A stretch of 63,999 nucleotides of DNA, filler included, from Octopus bimaculoides (GCF_001194135.2; 6 parts of 5 records of this genome joined end to end with filler, not necessarily neighbours in it); one strand, 5' to 3'. Shown: positions 39,285-53,480, counted from the first letter of the whole stretch. Notes: generated from the letters alone by a model not told the origin. A program made the numbers and translations.

Positions 39285-39449
39285 GTGATTTCGTTGGCCA
39301 CAACATCCCAGGGCACGATGGACAATGTTAAAGAAGAGATATAAAAGAAAAAGTGGTGTTTACTTTGAACAAACGGAAATATATGAAAGATATAAACATT
39401 TTCTAAAAAGAACTTTATAAAGCTTCATGTAGAGTAGATATTGATGTTT

Positions 39450-39516
<67 letters not shown>

Positions 39517-41639
39517 CGATGACGATGACGACGTCGGTGATGATGAATGATGACGCTTGATTCTACGAACATAAGAATCTGACACATTTACTTAATCATG
39601 ACCATCGCAATAATTTTCTATAAATTTTCTATAAATTTTCTATAAAGTAGTAAAGCAAAACTTTGATGTATTTTTCAAAGCATGTAATACATATTAATGA
39701 ACAAAGTAACACACATTAAAGAACAAGCATGTCATCTACAGACCAAATTGATTTTTGTACTTATTTGTTGTGTCATCTTCTGAAGAAACTATAAGCAAAA
39801 GTGATATTGATACCATAATTTTCGAGCAGAATGTGTAACGTTCGGTATTTTCTCACAAGTTTCATTAATAATGGTGACGAGAGCGAACTCACAAACCACG
39901 GGGGCATTCAGCTCTAAAGTCTGTTTTACTCCGACAAATATGGAGTAAAGGTTTTTGCCAACATAACACGGCAGTCCTGGTTTAGGACGAATGTTGCTGT
40001 AATTTAGCCCCAGGAGATTTCGTCTCCAGCTGGATATACAACACGATCTTTGTGCTTATATTTTCGAACAAGGGAATCTAGTGCTCATGATCTTTTAGAG
40101 GGTCTTGAAAATTGAAAGAAGGGAGAAAGAAAGACAACGTCAAATTAGTGACCTTTATTGGATGCCCAAGATAAAACGTAGGGTGAGGGTTAAACCGGGT
40201 GACAAATGGAGTCTACAACTCAAGCATGCAATGGAACGATTCGAAGGTAGAATGCAAAGAAGCACCAAAATATGCGTTGGATGCAAATATAGAACAATTA
40301 TTGGAAAACTTTACTGAACGAAGAACTGAATTTTTGTAATAGCGCAGTCCATCTGTGGGTGGGTCATGTACCATGCGGCCCGCTTAGTTAGAAGGCTGTG
40401 CAAGCTTGATTTTGTGTAATGGACAGTAGGCATGCCTTCTCTGTTCTACTTCTTTAATTACAAAGGCTAGGAACCGAACTTCACTGCTTCAAGTAAACAA
40501 GACGACGGTTTGAAAATTAATTGAGAAAAAATGCAACAGCAGGCGTGAATTTTCCTGCATATAATTCAATGGCAGACACACAGGGCTTGTCAGCGAAGCC
40601 CTTTCCTGGGTGATGTGTTGCGCTGATGTACGAATGAATCGCGTACGGCAGGATTAATTTCACTTAGCCATCGAAACGAATACGAAGAATTCTTTCATGT
40701 GTTACAAAAATCAATTAGTTTCCTATTTAAAAGTTCAATGTAACATCACATTTAGTACATTCAGTACCTCACATACACATCTATACGCACAACAAACCAA
40801 GAATATACATATGTATGTATGCATTTATGTATATACGTATGTGCATGTGAAAAAGAGAATGTCTGTGCGTTTGTACACACACACACACACTTATATACAT
40901 ATACATATGTCAATATATATGTATATACATACGTGTGTGTGTTGGGAGGAGTGTGCATGGTTATATGTATGTATTTCTTAATTTCTTTATATATATATAT
41001 TTGCATTCACACTCATATATGTGTGCGAAAATGTGTGTTTGGATGTGACAACATGTAAGTATCTCCTCCTACTATGGTTGTGTAAATAGTAACTTAAATA
41101 TAGGTTGATAAAAATAATGTCTAGACGCATACACATCTACACACACACATACGCAAAAATGCACTCATATATACGGGCACATACACACAGAAACACAAAC
41201 ACAGACTCAAACATATACATGCATACATATTAATGGTATTTTATATGAGTATCTAGTATATGTCTACTATGCAAGTTTATATAGAGTCAATTTAATATAT
41301 AAAATGGTATTATTAATACAATGGAAACAGAATTGGCCAACACAACACTAGTGTGTATATGATTTTGTAAGTGTAAATGAAAGAAGGGAAAGTTCATGGT
41401 TTTTACCAAACCCATTAGCAATTTATGTGAAATAATTCCACGTCTGGGAAAGCCAAATCAATTAATCAATCAATCAGTCAATCAATATATGAAAAACCAC
41501 ATACAAATGGTCATATATATGTGTGTGTTCACACAAATATATATATATACGTATTTATGTATGTATGTATGTATGTATGTATGTATGTATGTATCTATCT
41601 ATCTATCTATCTATCTATCTCTGTCTCTTTCTCTGTATA

Positions 41640-41670
<31 letters not shown>

Positions 41671-41979
41671 AGCTATATAAATATAGATAGATAGATAGAT
41701 ATAGATATAGATATATACGTATACCAACATATGTATCCATATACATTAAGCATATATGTGTGCGTGTATGCGTGTGTATGTGTGTGTAACTATATGTATA
41801 TATATTGTAGGAATACACGCATATATATTGGTATATATACAGAAATTTAAGTATATATCCGTAATAATATTATGTAAATATATATAGGTTTGTTTATATA
41901 AAGATATTTATTGTATATATATGTGTATATAGTTTGTGACAGAGAGTGTGTTGTATGTATGTATATATATACAAATATG

Positions 41980-42053
<74 letters not shown>

Positions 42054-43976
42054 CTTCTATATGCAGGTGTAGTAAATCCATGCATGTACACTCCCACGTT
42101 GTCCATCTCTCCGTCTGTTATTGCCCCTATTCCACTTGAGTTATATACAGGCCAAGAAGAATATTAAGATATTAACATGCCATTCGTTTAATATTGGTTC
42201 AAATAATTTCATACCATTTCGCTTCCACTCACGTTACATACACCTGACTATATGTGAAGAATTAAATATGATCTGCTTAAATTTATCTATGATTGGTACC
42301 CGTACCAAACTGTTTCCTCTAACGAAGTCTTTTCTCAAAGTTTTGGTCGTCCAAGGGCTAAACAAGACAAAAATTTAAAAAGAAAATAAAGAATCTTTCA
42401 ATAAACACCGTAATGAAACTAAAAACTTGTTTCTGCGAAGCAAAATTCTTCTCCACATAAACATGTCTGCGTTTATTTATATAAAGCAACATCTTCATTT
42501 AAAATTTTTTTAAAAATTTGTACCATGTTCTTTTTCTTATTCCTTTGGCAGTTACAAAGTTATCCGCATTTGCTTCTCTTCTCACTCCACCTCCTAATAA
42601 TATCAATAACAGTAATAATAACAACGACTACTATCATGATGATGATGAGGAGGATGATCATATTGATAATAATAATAATAATAATGATAAGGGAAATAAT
42701 GATAGTAATAGTAACAATAATACTATTATATTTAAATAATAAAAATAGAATATTAAAACTGTAAAGGATGTACAACACCAAGGCGTCCGTCTTACTAGAT
42801 TTGGAAGTCTTGCTTCGGTATCTCTGTTTTTATTGATCCAAAAATAAATCGTTTAAACCCTCCCCCCCACCGCCGCGCCAATTCTGCTATTTGCTCCGTA
42901 TAATGGCCACTGGTGTTTATTTTGAAAGGAATCCCAAAATAATTAGCTGAAATTATTCAATAATTTGCTTACTGTTCTTTCATTTTGGCCCCCGTTTATC
43001 TATATATTTTTTACACACGCTCACATTCGTGCACACAGGCACACACGCACACACACACACATACACACACACACACACACACACATACACACACACACAC
43101 ACAAACAAACACACACGCACAAACATACACATATACAGACACGTATATGCCTATATGTATTTGTACATATACTTAAATGTATACATTCGTACATGTTTAT
43201 ATTGACGTACAGACGTCTATGTTTANNNNNNNNNNNNNNNNNNNNNNNNNNNNNNNNNNNNNNNNNNNNNNNNNNNNNNNNNNNNNNNNNNNNNNNNNNN
43301 NNNNNNNNNNNNNNNNNNNNNNNNNNNNNNNNNNNNNNNNNNNNNNNNNNNNNNNNNNNNNNNNNNNNNNNNNNNNNTATATATATATATATATACGAAC
43401 TCACACACATATGTATGCATGTATGTATGTATGTATGTATGTATGTATGTGTGTGTATGTATGTATATATCTATGGGCGTGTGTGCACGTGAATGTATTC
43501 TTTGTTAGTTTCCTATACTTTGTAACAATTGGACTCCTACAAATTTCTGCTTGTTGTTTTTCATTTTTTGGTCTCGTTAAAATTCCACCCACAAACAAAA
43601 CTCACAATACACCATACACATTCCCACACACACGCTCACAGATACACACACGGAAGCACAGAGATACAGAAAAATACTCATACAAGCATGCACACCAAAT
43701 CCACACCATGTTAATATTTTGGGATGCACACATATGTACACATCTCAGCATGGACTCAGCAGACTTCTAGCCAAAAATTAGAACGATGAAAGAATATGTG
43801 ATCAATATATTCATATATATAAATATATACATACATACATACATATATATGTGTGTGTGCGTGTGTGTGTGTGTGTGTGTGAGTGTGTGTATGTATATGT
43901 ATGTATATAACGTATTGCTTACTAACATAATTAGAACATTTTAAAAAAAGATGATGAAATATCTGTAGTTGTAGTA

Positions 43977-44028
<52 letters not shown>

Positions 44029-44334
44029 AAGGATAAGGATGAGGGGATGAGGATGAGGAAGATGAGGAGGATGAGGATGAGGAAGAGGTGGAGGAGGAGA
44101 GGGAGGATGCGGAGGAGGATGACGATGAGGAGAGGGAGGTAAAGAAGAAAAAGAAGAAGAAAAAGAAGAAGAAGACTCCATCGTGTCGTATTATTGAATG
44201 TTATTTTTTTTCAAATTTCCAAGAAAAGTATATTGCATGAAAAATGAAGAAATGTACAAACACACACACATACACTTAAACACACACAAATCCTCACACA
44301 TAAACTTACACACGCACACATACTATAACTGCTC

Positions 44335-44460
44335 ACCATAGTGTTGAGTTGATGCAATCGTAACTTGAAAGAGGACTCTATGAGGCCTATGTACCTTGTC
44401 GTAGAAGTTAACATGGTCTTTTCTCGAGATATTTGACATTTGAAAAGTGACATTCTATAT
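44335..44460 (-). mobile_element. Penelope-like element GIY-YIG endonuclease fragment
   Basis: ORF 44211-44474 contains LFKCQISREKTMLTSTTRYIGLIESSFKLRLHQL, matching the YIG-x-TE-x-x-FK-x-R pattern. Confidence 0.7.
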
Positions 44461-44474
44461 TTTAACAAAAACAA

Positions 44475-44945
44475 TACGAGGACGTACCCAAAAGAAAAGG
44501 GAATTTTGCTCTATTATTTTATTCGCTTAGTTTTTCATGCTTACATTTTTATCGTCTTCAAAATATACTCCATTTGAAGCTATGCGTCGGTCCAGACGCG
44601 TTTTCCACTGTTCGAAGCACTGGAACTCTTTCAAAGTGAAGCCTTTTAACGCTTACCTTTTTAGTTTTCTTCACCTCTTTCACATTAGCAAATCCGTAGC
44701 TCCAGCTTTGGCCACCACTGGCTGCTTTTGATCTTACGTGAACAAGCGAGATTTTGCTGCTACTCTTTTCATTCGCAATTCCTCGCTCAAAATCCGTTGG
44801 CAGGAGCTCCAAAACACACCAGTCATATCAACAAGTTCGTCAATTGTTCGGTGACGGTTCTACAAGATCAGTTCATGAATTTTCATGATGTTTTCATTCC
44901 TTCAATAGGTCGACGGTCGTCCTGAACAAGGATGATACTCAAGCG
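44475..44945 (-). mobile_element. Internally deleted mariner (Tc1/mariner) element with one terminal inverted repeat
   Basis: Hand translation: IDELVDMTGVFWSSCQRILSEELRMKRVAAKSRLFT*DQK (HTH/linker) joined to FQCFEQWK..LDRRIASNGVYFEDD (C-terminus); TA|cgaggacgtacccaaaagaaaagggaa at 44475-44503 is TIR-like; the catalytic region is missing. Confidence 0.85.
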
Positions 44946-45001
44946 AGAATAAACATTATATGGACATTATATCTTAAATACGATTAAGAGATTATTATTA
45001 C

Positions 45002-45064
<63 letters not shown>

Positions 45065-46599
45065 CATCGTTATTACTATCATCTTCATTTCTTCCTATCT
45101 TTATATACGGATTCTTTCCTAATTTTCCTCTCTACCACATGTCTGTGATGGTATAACCTCGTCGTCAACAAAGACATATCTGATTGCATCTCTCTCTCCC
45201 CGTCTCTTTCTAACAATCTGTCTGTCTATACATGCACACGCACACATATATATGCGTGTGTATACATACATACACACACACACATATATATACATATATA
45301 TGTGTGTGTATCTGAGGGGTTCGCCTATAATTTTGTCTGTATATATATATATATATATATATATNNNNNNNNNNNNNNNNNNNNNNNNNNNNNNNNNNNN
45401 NNNNNNNNTTAATTAATTAANNNNNNNNNNNNNNNNNNNNNNNNNNNNNNNNNNNNNNNNNNNNTATGTATATGTGTGTGCGTGCGCGCGTGTCTCTGTA
45501 TGCGTGCGTGTGTGTCTGTGTGCATGTTTAAATATATTAGATTTATACATTTGTAAACAAATTTAGACAACGTAATAAAAATGTGGAGTAAAGCTCGTAC
45601 CGGCCAGAAATTTATCCCTAGTGGAATTCGTCTGACAGGAACTTTACAGGATATATCTGGTATTTATGAAGCGTGTACTTACATTGGGATATGGTGTAAT
45701 GTGGATAGAGGACCTTCATTTAGACGTTCAATATATATATATATATTTGATGATTTGAAATAGGGATTTTTCATTCTCTTAACCATGAAACGATCGTATC
45801 CGATTAACTAAAGACTTGTTTTATTTATGCTTTCCCCTCCGGTTTTTTGTTCTATGTGTGCCATAAATATCGCCATCCATTTAGAGAAAAATCTGTAGTT
45901 TAGAATCAGTAGTTCTTTGACTGCTATTTCTAAATTTTCAGTATGTTGGAGAAGCAACTCAATGCTAATCCCTATATATTTATGAAGATAAATGGTTTTA
46001 CCGATAAAGGTTTTTTGATACTGAACTACTTGGCAAAATTGTTAATTATTAANNNNNNNNNNNNNNNNNNNNNNNNNNNNNNNNNNNNNNNNNNNNNNNN
46101 NNNNNNNNNNNNNNNNNNNNNNNNNNNNNNNNNNNNNNNNNNNNNNNNNNNNNNNNNNNNNNNNNNNNNNNNNNNNNNNNNNNNNNNNNNNNNNNNNNNN
46201 NNNNNNNNNNNNNNNNNNNNNNNNNNNNNNNNNNNNNNNNNNNNNNNNNNNNNNNNNNNNNNNNNNNNNNNNNNNNNNNNNNNNNNNNNNNNNNNNNNNN
46301 NNNNNNNNNNNNNNNNNNNNNNNNNNNNNNNNNNNNNNNNNNNNNNNNNNNNNNNNNNNNNNNNNNNNNNNNNNNNNNNNNNNNNNNNNNNNNNNNNNTA
46401 TATATATATATATGTATGTATGTATATGTGTGTGTGTGCGTGCGTGTGTATGAGTGTAATTCTTCATGATAGATACTATTCAGTTAAATATTGTATGAAT
46501 GGACGCATTACAACTTTTGAATCGAATTTCTTACTTATTTTCTTCGTGTAACTTCCTCCTGCCATAAAAGTATGCATGGCCGGACATTCTTGCACAGTG

Positions 46600-47590
46600 A
46601 TCGATCTCTTTCGGAATTGTCAGTACTAAGCGGTGACAGCAGCAGAGATCAACCAAGTCGGTGGGATTGCAGCTCGGGACCTGGAGAGGCAGGCCCATGC
46701 CAACCTAGAGTGTTGTAGGGTGCTGGGGAATCTGGTTTTGTCCAGACTTCCTCGTGGACAAGACCTGGGAGAAGGTTACGAGCAGGGTAACCAATCTCAC
46801 CCAGAAATGGGCAGAGAGGAAGCCGTCTCTGAAGCGTGGGGCGGAGGTGGAAAATGCATATATCGCTTCCTCCATCTAGTACTCCCTGGCCGTCGTCCCT
46901 TGCCCCACTCCGTGCCTAATAAATTTGGACCGCTTCCTTTTCCACTTCCTATGGAAACCGTTGCGCTCGTCAGACGGTTCATCTGCTGTCAATAGCCGTT
47001 GAGTGGAGAACCGGGGATGTTGTGGCTAATGATGCACAGACATGCGCTGAGGCTGCGATAACTCCAGCGTTTCCTTAACGGTGAGCAAGAGTGGTCGAAC
47101 AGCTGTTGTTATGCGTTGGACAGATCCGGTTATCAACCGAGTCCATTCTGAGTAACGCCCTGCCAACGTCTTTTGGCCGGGAGGAAAAGGCAGTTTTCCT
47201 GTGTCTGGTGTCTATAGCGAAAGAGGTAATGTGATGAACGAGGCTGAAAGGACTGAATACAGTCACTTTCCTCTTCGGCTAAGCTTTCATCGACTTTTTC
47301 AAGTTCCACTTGAAAAGGTAAGTGAGGGTACAGAGAGAAGTACTGCTCCCCACAAGTAATTTTGTTGAAAAGTGAATGATTGTTGTGAAAATGACTCATG
47401 TGAATGTGCCTACTCTGAATATTCTAGGATGTGTAAGGTACCTTGGTTGGCCCTGGTTGGAACCCCCTTAATTTTTTTAACTGTTTTTGTTTTTTATTTA
47501 CTTCTTCTGTTTTAACCCCACTTGTCTCTTGTTTTGTATTGTCCCATTATGTCTTTGTGTTCGGCCCTTGTGGCCAATGAAGAAAGGATT
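46600..47590 (+). mobile_element. Tx1-clade (L1 superfamily) LINE, 5'-truncated, internally deleted, with stops and frameshifts
   Basis: Hand translation: VTAAEINQ/SVGLQLGTW; WGIWFCPDFLVDKTWEKVTSRVTNLTQKWAERKPSLKRGAEVENAYIASSI*YSLAVVPCPTPCLINLDRFLFHFLWK; VRRFICCQ*PLSGEPGM; C-terminal AKEVM**TRLKG; T-rich 3' UTR and an (ATT)n tail. Confidence 0.85.
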
Positions 47591-47704
47591 ATTATTATCA
47601 TTAATATTATTATTATTATTATTATTATTATTATCATTATGATTATTATTATTATTATTATTATTATCATTATTATTATAATAATAATAATAATAATAAT
47701 AATA

Positions 47705-47748
<44 letters not shown>

Positions 47749-47813
47749 CATTATTATTATTATTATTATCATTATTATTATTATTATTATCATTATTATT
47801 ATTATTACTATTA

Positions 47814-47850
<37 letters not shown>

Positions 47851-47861
47851 CATTATTATTA

Positions 47862-47911
<50 letters not shown>
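47588..47911. repeat. Long (ATT)n/(ATC) microsatellite, the LINE tail
   Basis: Direct read. Confidence 0.97.
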
Positions 47912-47912
<1 letters not shown>

Positions 47913-48349
47913 NNNNNNNNNNNNNNNNNNNNNNNNNNNNNNNNNNNNNNNNNNNNNNNNNNNNNNNNNNNNNNNNNNNNNNNNNNNNNNNNNNNNNNNN
48001 NNNNNNNNNNNNNNNNNNNNNNNNNNNNNNNNNNNNNNNNNNNNNNNNNNNNNNNNNNNNNNNNNNNNNNNNNNNNNNNNNNNNNNNNNNNNNNNNNNNN
48101 NNNNNNNNNNNNNNNNNNNNNNNNNNNNNNNNNNNNNNNNNNNNNNNNNNNNNNNNNNNNNNNNNNNNNNNNNNNNNNNNNNNNNNNNNNNNNNNNNNNN
48201 NNNNNNNNNNNNNNNNNNNNNNNNNNNNNNNNNNNNNNNNNNNNNNNNNNNNNNNNNNNNNNNNNNNNNNNNNNNNNNNNNNNNNNNNNNNNNNNNNNNN
48301 NNNNNNNNNNNNNNNNNNNNNNNNNNNNNNNNNNNNNNNNNNNNNNNNN

Positions 48350-48438
<89 letters not shown>

Positions 48439-49122
48439 TGTAGTAGTAGTAGTGTCATACCTGTTAATTCTATTAATGAAAGAATATTATACACGTTAAC
48501 AGTAGCAAAAATATACATAATAGAAATACCAATTCAGAAATTATGTTTGAAAAACAAATGGTTGAAATAAAAGATTTTCTTAATTGAAACCGACACAGCA
48601 TTAAAATAGCGACGGCAATCTAAATTATATTTCATTTAAGTGAATAACAGTAAATTTTAAATTTGTTTTCAAGACATTTCATGTCAGTTAAGAAAATCGA
48701 TTGAGAGCAAATAAGAACAAAATTGGAATAAGAAATGGCTGACACAGCAGGGTTGGAATTCGGTTCATACAAACGATAAACTAATAGGAAGAACAATGTT
48801 TCTCAACCTTGGTACTTAACCAAATTATATTTAATAGAATGAAACGTTTTATGAGAAGAGCAGGGTAACACTGGTATACAATCGTATTACTGATATGATG
48901 TGTAACACGTTGCTTAGTTTTTATGAATTACTTTATGTCGTGTGATTTTATATAACAATCGAAGAATGAACGTTTTATGCAGAACGAGTAAATTTCATTA
49001 ATTATATGGAGGCATAATCAAATGTAATGGCTCATAAGAAGGCACTTCGCATATATAAATGTAAAAGCTCTAGTACAATATATATGTATATATAACTCGT
49101 TTTATATATGTATATATAACTC

Positions 49123-49160
<38 letters not shown>

Positions 49161-49750
49161 TATATACGTAAATGTAAAACGAGGAAATGAGTGCACAACA
49201 TATCGTTGGCGGATATGTAATTTATTTATTTGTGATTGAATACCATTGGTTTCATGTTCNNNNNNNNNNNNNNNNNNNNNNNNNNNNNNNNNNNNNNNNN
49301 NNNNNNNNNNNNNNNNNNNNNNNNNNNNNNNNNNNNNNNNNNNNNNNNNNNNNNNNNNNNNNNNNNNNNNNNNNNNNNNNNNNNNNNNNNNNNNNNNNNN
49401 NNNNNNNNNNNNNNNNNNNNNNNNNNNNNNNNNNNNNNNNNNNNNNNNNNNNNNNNNNNNNNNNNNNNNNNNNNNNNNNNNNNNNNNNNNNNNNNNNNNN
49501 NNNNNNNNNNNNNNNNNNNNNNNNNNNNNNNNNNNNNNNNNNNNNNNNNNNNNNNNNNNNNNNNNNNNNNNNNNNNNNNNNNNNNNNNNNNNNNNNNNNN
49601 NNNNNNNNNNNNNNNNNNNNNNNNNNNNNNNNNNNNNNNNNNNNNNNNNNNNNNNNNNNNNNNNNNNNNNNNNNNNNNNNNNNNNNNNNNNNNNNNNNNN
49701 NNNNNNNNNNNNNNNNNNNNNNNNNNNNNNNNNNNNNNNNNNNNNNNNNN

Positions 49751-49793
<43 letters not shown>

Positions 49794-49823
49794 GAATATG
49801 ATGAATAATGACCAGCAATGCAT

Positions 49824-50060
49824 CATTCTCGTGAAAAACTACAAAAGGTTAAACGAAATTTAGTCAAATTGTTTAGTAATACGGGCTTAAGTATTTTCTT
49901 CGATGATTATAGGACTATGGTTAACTTCCTCGATCTTACTGTAAAGTTAAATGCAACCTTGTATCTCTCATACCATTAACCTTCAACCAACCTGAAATAC
50001 ATTAGTACCTTTAGTAACCAACATAACAAAATAACAATGAATTCAGTTAAAAACATATCG
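49824..50060 (+). mobile_element. Penelope-like element reverse transcriptase fragment (domain 7/thumb)
   Basis: Hand translation: KLQKVKRNLVKLFSNTGLSIFFDDYRTMVNFLDLTVKLNATLYLSYH*PSTNLKYISTFSNQH, matching the PLE pattern VNFLDVT-x-L...KP...YI...SNH. Confidence 0.8.
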
Positions 50061-50710
50061 CCAACGAAACCGTTTTCAATAGTAACCCTGAGTTTTATAA
50101 CTCAGATTTATATAAAGCAGGATATCAGGAACAAATTAAATATTATAACCAATTTGCCCCTAAGTCTCCCTCTATTCGTCTCATTGATGGTAATTACGTT
50201 AACAATAACAGTAGTAATAACATTATTAGCAGTAATAGACAATAACAACATGAGTACTTATATTGCTTCTGCCGTAGTCAATAATCCAAATAATAGCCCA
50301 TTTTATTCAATTGTTCATATTTCTTACCAGCTTAAATCCTGAAAGCAAACAGTCAAAGGGAAGTAACTATGCTTCTCCATCATTTTTACGCTACTTTTAG
50401 ACTAGTACCTGGCTTTTTAATAATAAATCTCGCAATGAATCACGAAACCCTAGTAAAAATATCTGGTTAATTATTCCATACGGAAAACAAGTAAATAGTA
50501 ACCTTCCCCTCTTAGTTTGTTCAGCTATAGAAAGGAACTTCCCCATTAATTCAAGGTACCACTCAATTTTCAACACATACCGTATCAGAATAGGATTCTC
50601 TAACACCAGCAATATCTCACAAATTATATCATCACATAACAGCTATAGGTAACAGGGTCTCTCCTATTAAGTCTAATAACTAATATTAACTAATATATAT
50701 ATATATATAT

Positions 50711-50775
50711 CTAATTCTCTTGCTGTTTCAAAGATGCTATGTCTCGCCACTCAAAATAGGTAACGCAAAAAGAAT
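50711..50775 (-). CDS. Candidate terminal coding exon (two-gene model only)
   Basis: Acceptor ccattattcactttcag; phase 1 reads (H)SFCVTYFEWRDIASLKQQEN*. Confidence 0.2.
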
Positions 50776-51262
50776 CTGAAAGTGAATAATGGTTATTTCA
50801 ACAAAATATATTGTCTACCCCCATCCATTGACCACATTCGTGAAACTACATATTGACCTTGATCTCTCAACAAGTAAAATGCTCTACCAAGAATAGTTCT
50901 ATCCTCCAAAGTAGGTTTCTCGAAGTACAATAAGCGAAACAAGAGAAATAATTTGTCGAACAAATGCTTATGGACTAAATGTTAATTAGACTTAACGTTA
51001 TAATAAGGCGACGGTGGATAATATTCTACACGTTTTCCCAAATAGTTTTAGTTGTGCAAATACAGTGAAATACTAACATCATTAACTGAATGAGTCATAT
51101 ACATCATGTAATCGTTTTGTAGAGTTATTATATCGGCATGTACACTAACACTATTGGAGCTCTAGCCGTCAAACATCAATATTTACAATTACATAAACGT
51201 AGAAACACTTGCATTAAAAAAGCTCTGTTCGTTTGGTGAGACTTCATTTGCACTTGGCTTAC

Positions 51263-51391
51263 GTTTATCGATTTCTTGCTTAACCCATGCAGTACAGTTG
51301 TACAATAAATTTGACATTAAGTACTTAGTATGCTGGCATGAGCTAAGATGGGAGGTAGCGTTGCTTAAATTACGCGTCATTAAATCATTTT
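51263..51391 (-). CDS. Candidate internal exon (phase 1-1, 129 nt)
   Basis: ~60-nt pyrimidine tract ending ccgttatcag, donor C|gtaagc; NDLMTRNLSNATSHLSSCQHTKYLMSNLLYNCTAWVKQEIDK contains three N-x-S/T sequons. Confidence 0.45.
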
Positions 51392-52373
51392 CTGATAACG
51401 GTGCCAAAAGGCAATAAGAGAACACGGCAGAAAAATAACAAAGACAAAAAGCAAGGAAATTAAAATATATAAGAAGAAAACTTATTAATTTCGAAGAGGC
51501 AGAATGCAAAAGAAACAAATGTAGAGCAAAATCAGCAGATTTTGTTAATGTGAAGAAAATCTGGCCTGAGTTTGCTGTTGCTTAAATCGTTAAATATCAA
51601 AGACGAATGGACTTGACAAATTTTGAATGGGGCTGGACTGAAAATCAAATCAATATGATTGAATATAGTCGGCAAGATATTGATCAGTTCGATATTACCA
51701 AGCTGAAGCAGAGTTAAAATAGCATTATTCAACGCTTACAACGCGCACAGATTGAATTACGATTAACTCTTCACGTTCGTTTAGAATGTTCACGACTGTT
51801 TTTTTTTTTTTTTTAGCTGCGATGGCTTTATTGATATGGACGTGTTCGTAATAAAACGAACTGCAGACAAGTTACGCTACCTGAACATATGCAAAGTTAG
51901 ACATTGACGCATGCAAGCAAACGTAGACATTTATACACACACACAGAGGCACGCATCATGTATGTGTGTGTATTAAATTGACAGACAAGCAGGCACATAA
52001 GCAGAGAGACAAACAGATAGACGCATAAAACGACAGTTACTATATATATATATATATATATATANNNNNNNNNNNNNNNNNNNNNNNNNNNNNNNNNNNN
52101 NNNNNNNNTTAATTAATTAANNNNNNNNNNNNNNNNNNNNNNNNNNNNNNNNNNNNNNNNNNNNTACATGTATTTATATGGACATAGACAAAACTTTGTC
52201 ACATTAACTTCAGGAACAACATAGCTTCATAAATCAACAAGCATAGCTATTTGTATGTATGTATGTATGTATGTATGTATGTATGTATCTATGTATGTAT
52301 TTATGTATGTATGTATGTATGTATCTATGTATGTATTTATGTATGTATGCATGCCTGTATGTATGTACTTACG

Positions 52374-52419
<46 letters not shown>

Positions 52420-52938
52420 CATGTATATCGTAGATTTATCTAAGTGCCTAATATTTCTGACTGATATTGAGGTGTAATGAGAGGTGAAGGGACACATCAT
52501 ATTGATACAGTCGAAGGAGCAGCGTTCTTACTCATGACGCTCACTCCTACCTCACCATCTTCTGTTTATCTCATCATTTAGGTATTATGAATAGTGTTAG
52601 TATATTATAGATCACAGCTGACGATGGTGTCCGTGTAGCTAGAGGTTGAATTAAAATGATGGCCAGACAGTGGGTACAGTACATAGTTAGATAATGGCAA
52701 GAGACAGCTAGAATGTTTTTTGAAATATGATACAGATTTATATCTTTTTATTTTACTTCTGATACGTTTGAGTGTTTGATGTACGAGATGTCCTTGCGTC
52801 TGCATGACCATCCTAAAGCCAATTTAGGTGTGTATGTATATATTTAGATATATACGTCTACATATTAAGATAGAGAGTATATATATGTGTGTGTGTGCAT
52901 ATATATCTATGCAATATATACATATACATATATTTATA

Positions 52939-52973
<35 letters not shown>

Positions 52974-53311
52974 NNNNNNNNNNNNNNNNNNNNNNNNNNN
53001 NNNNNNNNNNNNNNNNNNNNNNNNNNNNNNNNNNNNNNNNNNNNNNNNNNNNNNNNNNNNNNNNNNNNNNNNNNNNNNNNNNNNNNNNNNNNNNNNNNNN
53101 NNNNNNNNNNNNNNNNNNNNNNNNNNNNNNNNNNNNNNNNNNNNNNNNNNNNNNNNNNNNNNNNNNNNNNGTATATATATGTGTATATGTATGTGTCTAT
53201 ATGTGTATGTATGTGTATATGTATGTATATATGTTTATGTGTGTGTGTGTGTGTGTGTGTGCGTGTGTGTGTGTGTGTGTGCACATACATGGATACATGC
53301 ATGCATACATA

Positions 53312-53480
53312 GGCAAAGGCGTGGCTGTCTGGTAAGGAGTTTGCTTCCCAAGCACACGGTTCCGAGCTCAGTCCCTCTGCATGACATCGTGGGCAAGTGT
53401 ATTCTACTATATCCTTGGGCCAATGAAACACTTGTGAATGGATTTGGTAGACAGACACTGAAAGAAACCCGACGTACGTG
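53312..53480 (+). mobile_element. SINE family B, 5' half with tRNA-like head
   Basis: ggcgtggctgtctggtaaggagtttgcttcccaa...gggcaagtgtattctactat...cttgtgaatggatttggtagacagacactgaaagaaaccc. Confidence 0.85.

Noticed and set aside
46633-46995. 120-aa GC-rich ORF as a host gene
   Set aside because: It is an off-frame read of the Tx1 LINE remnant.
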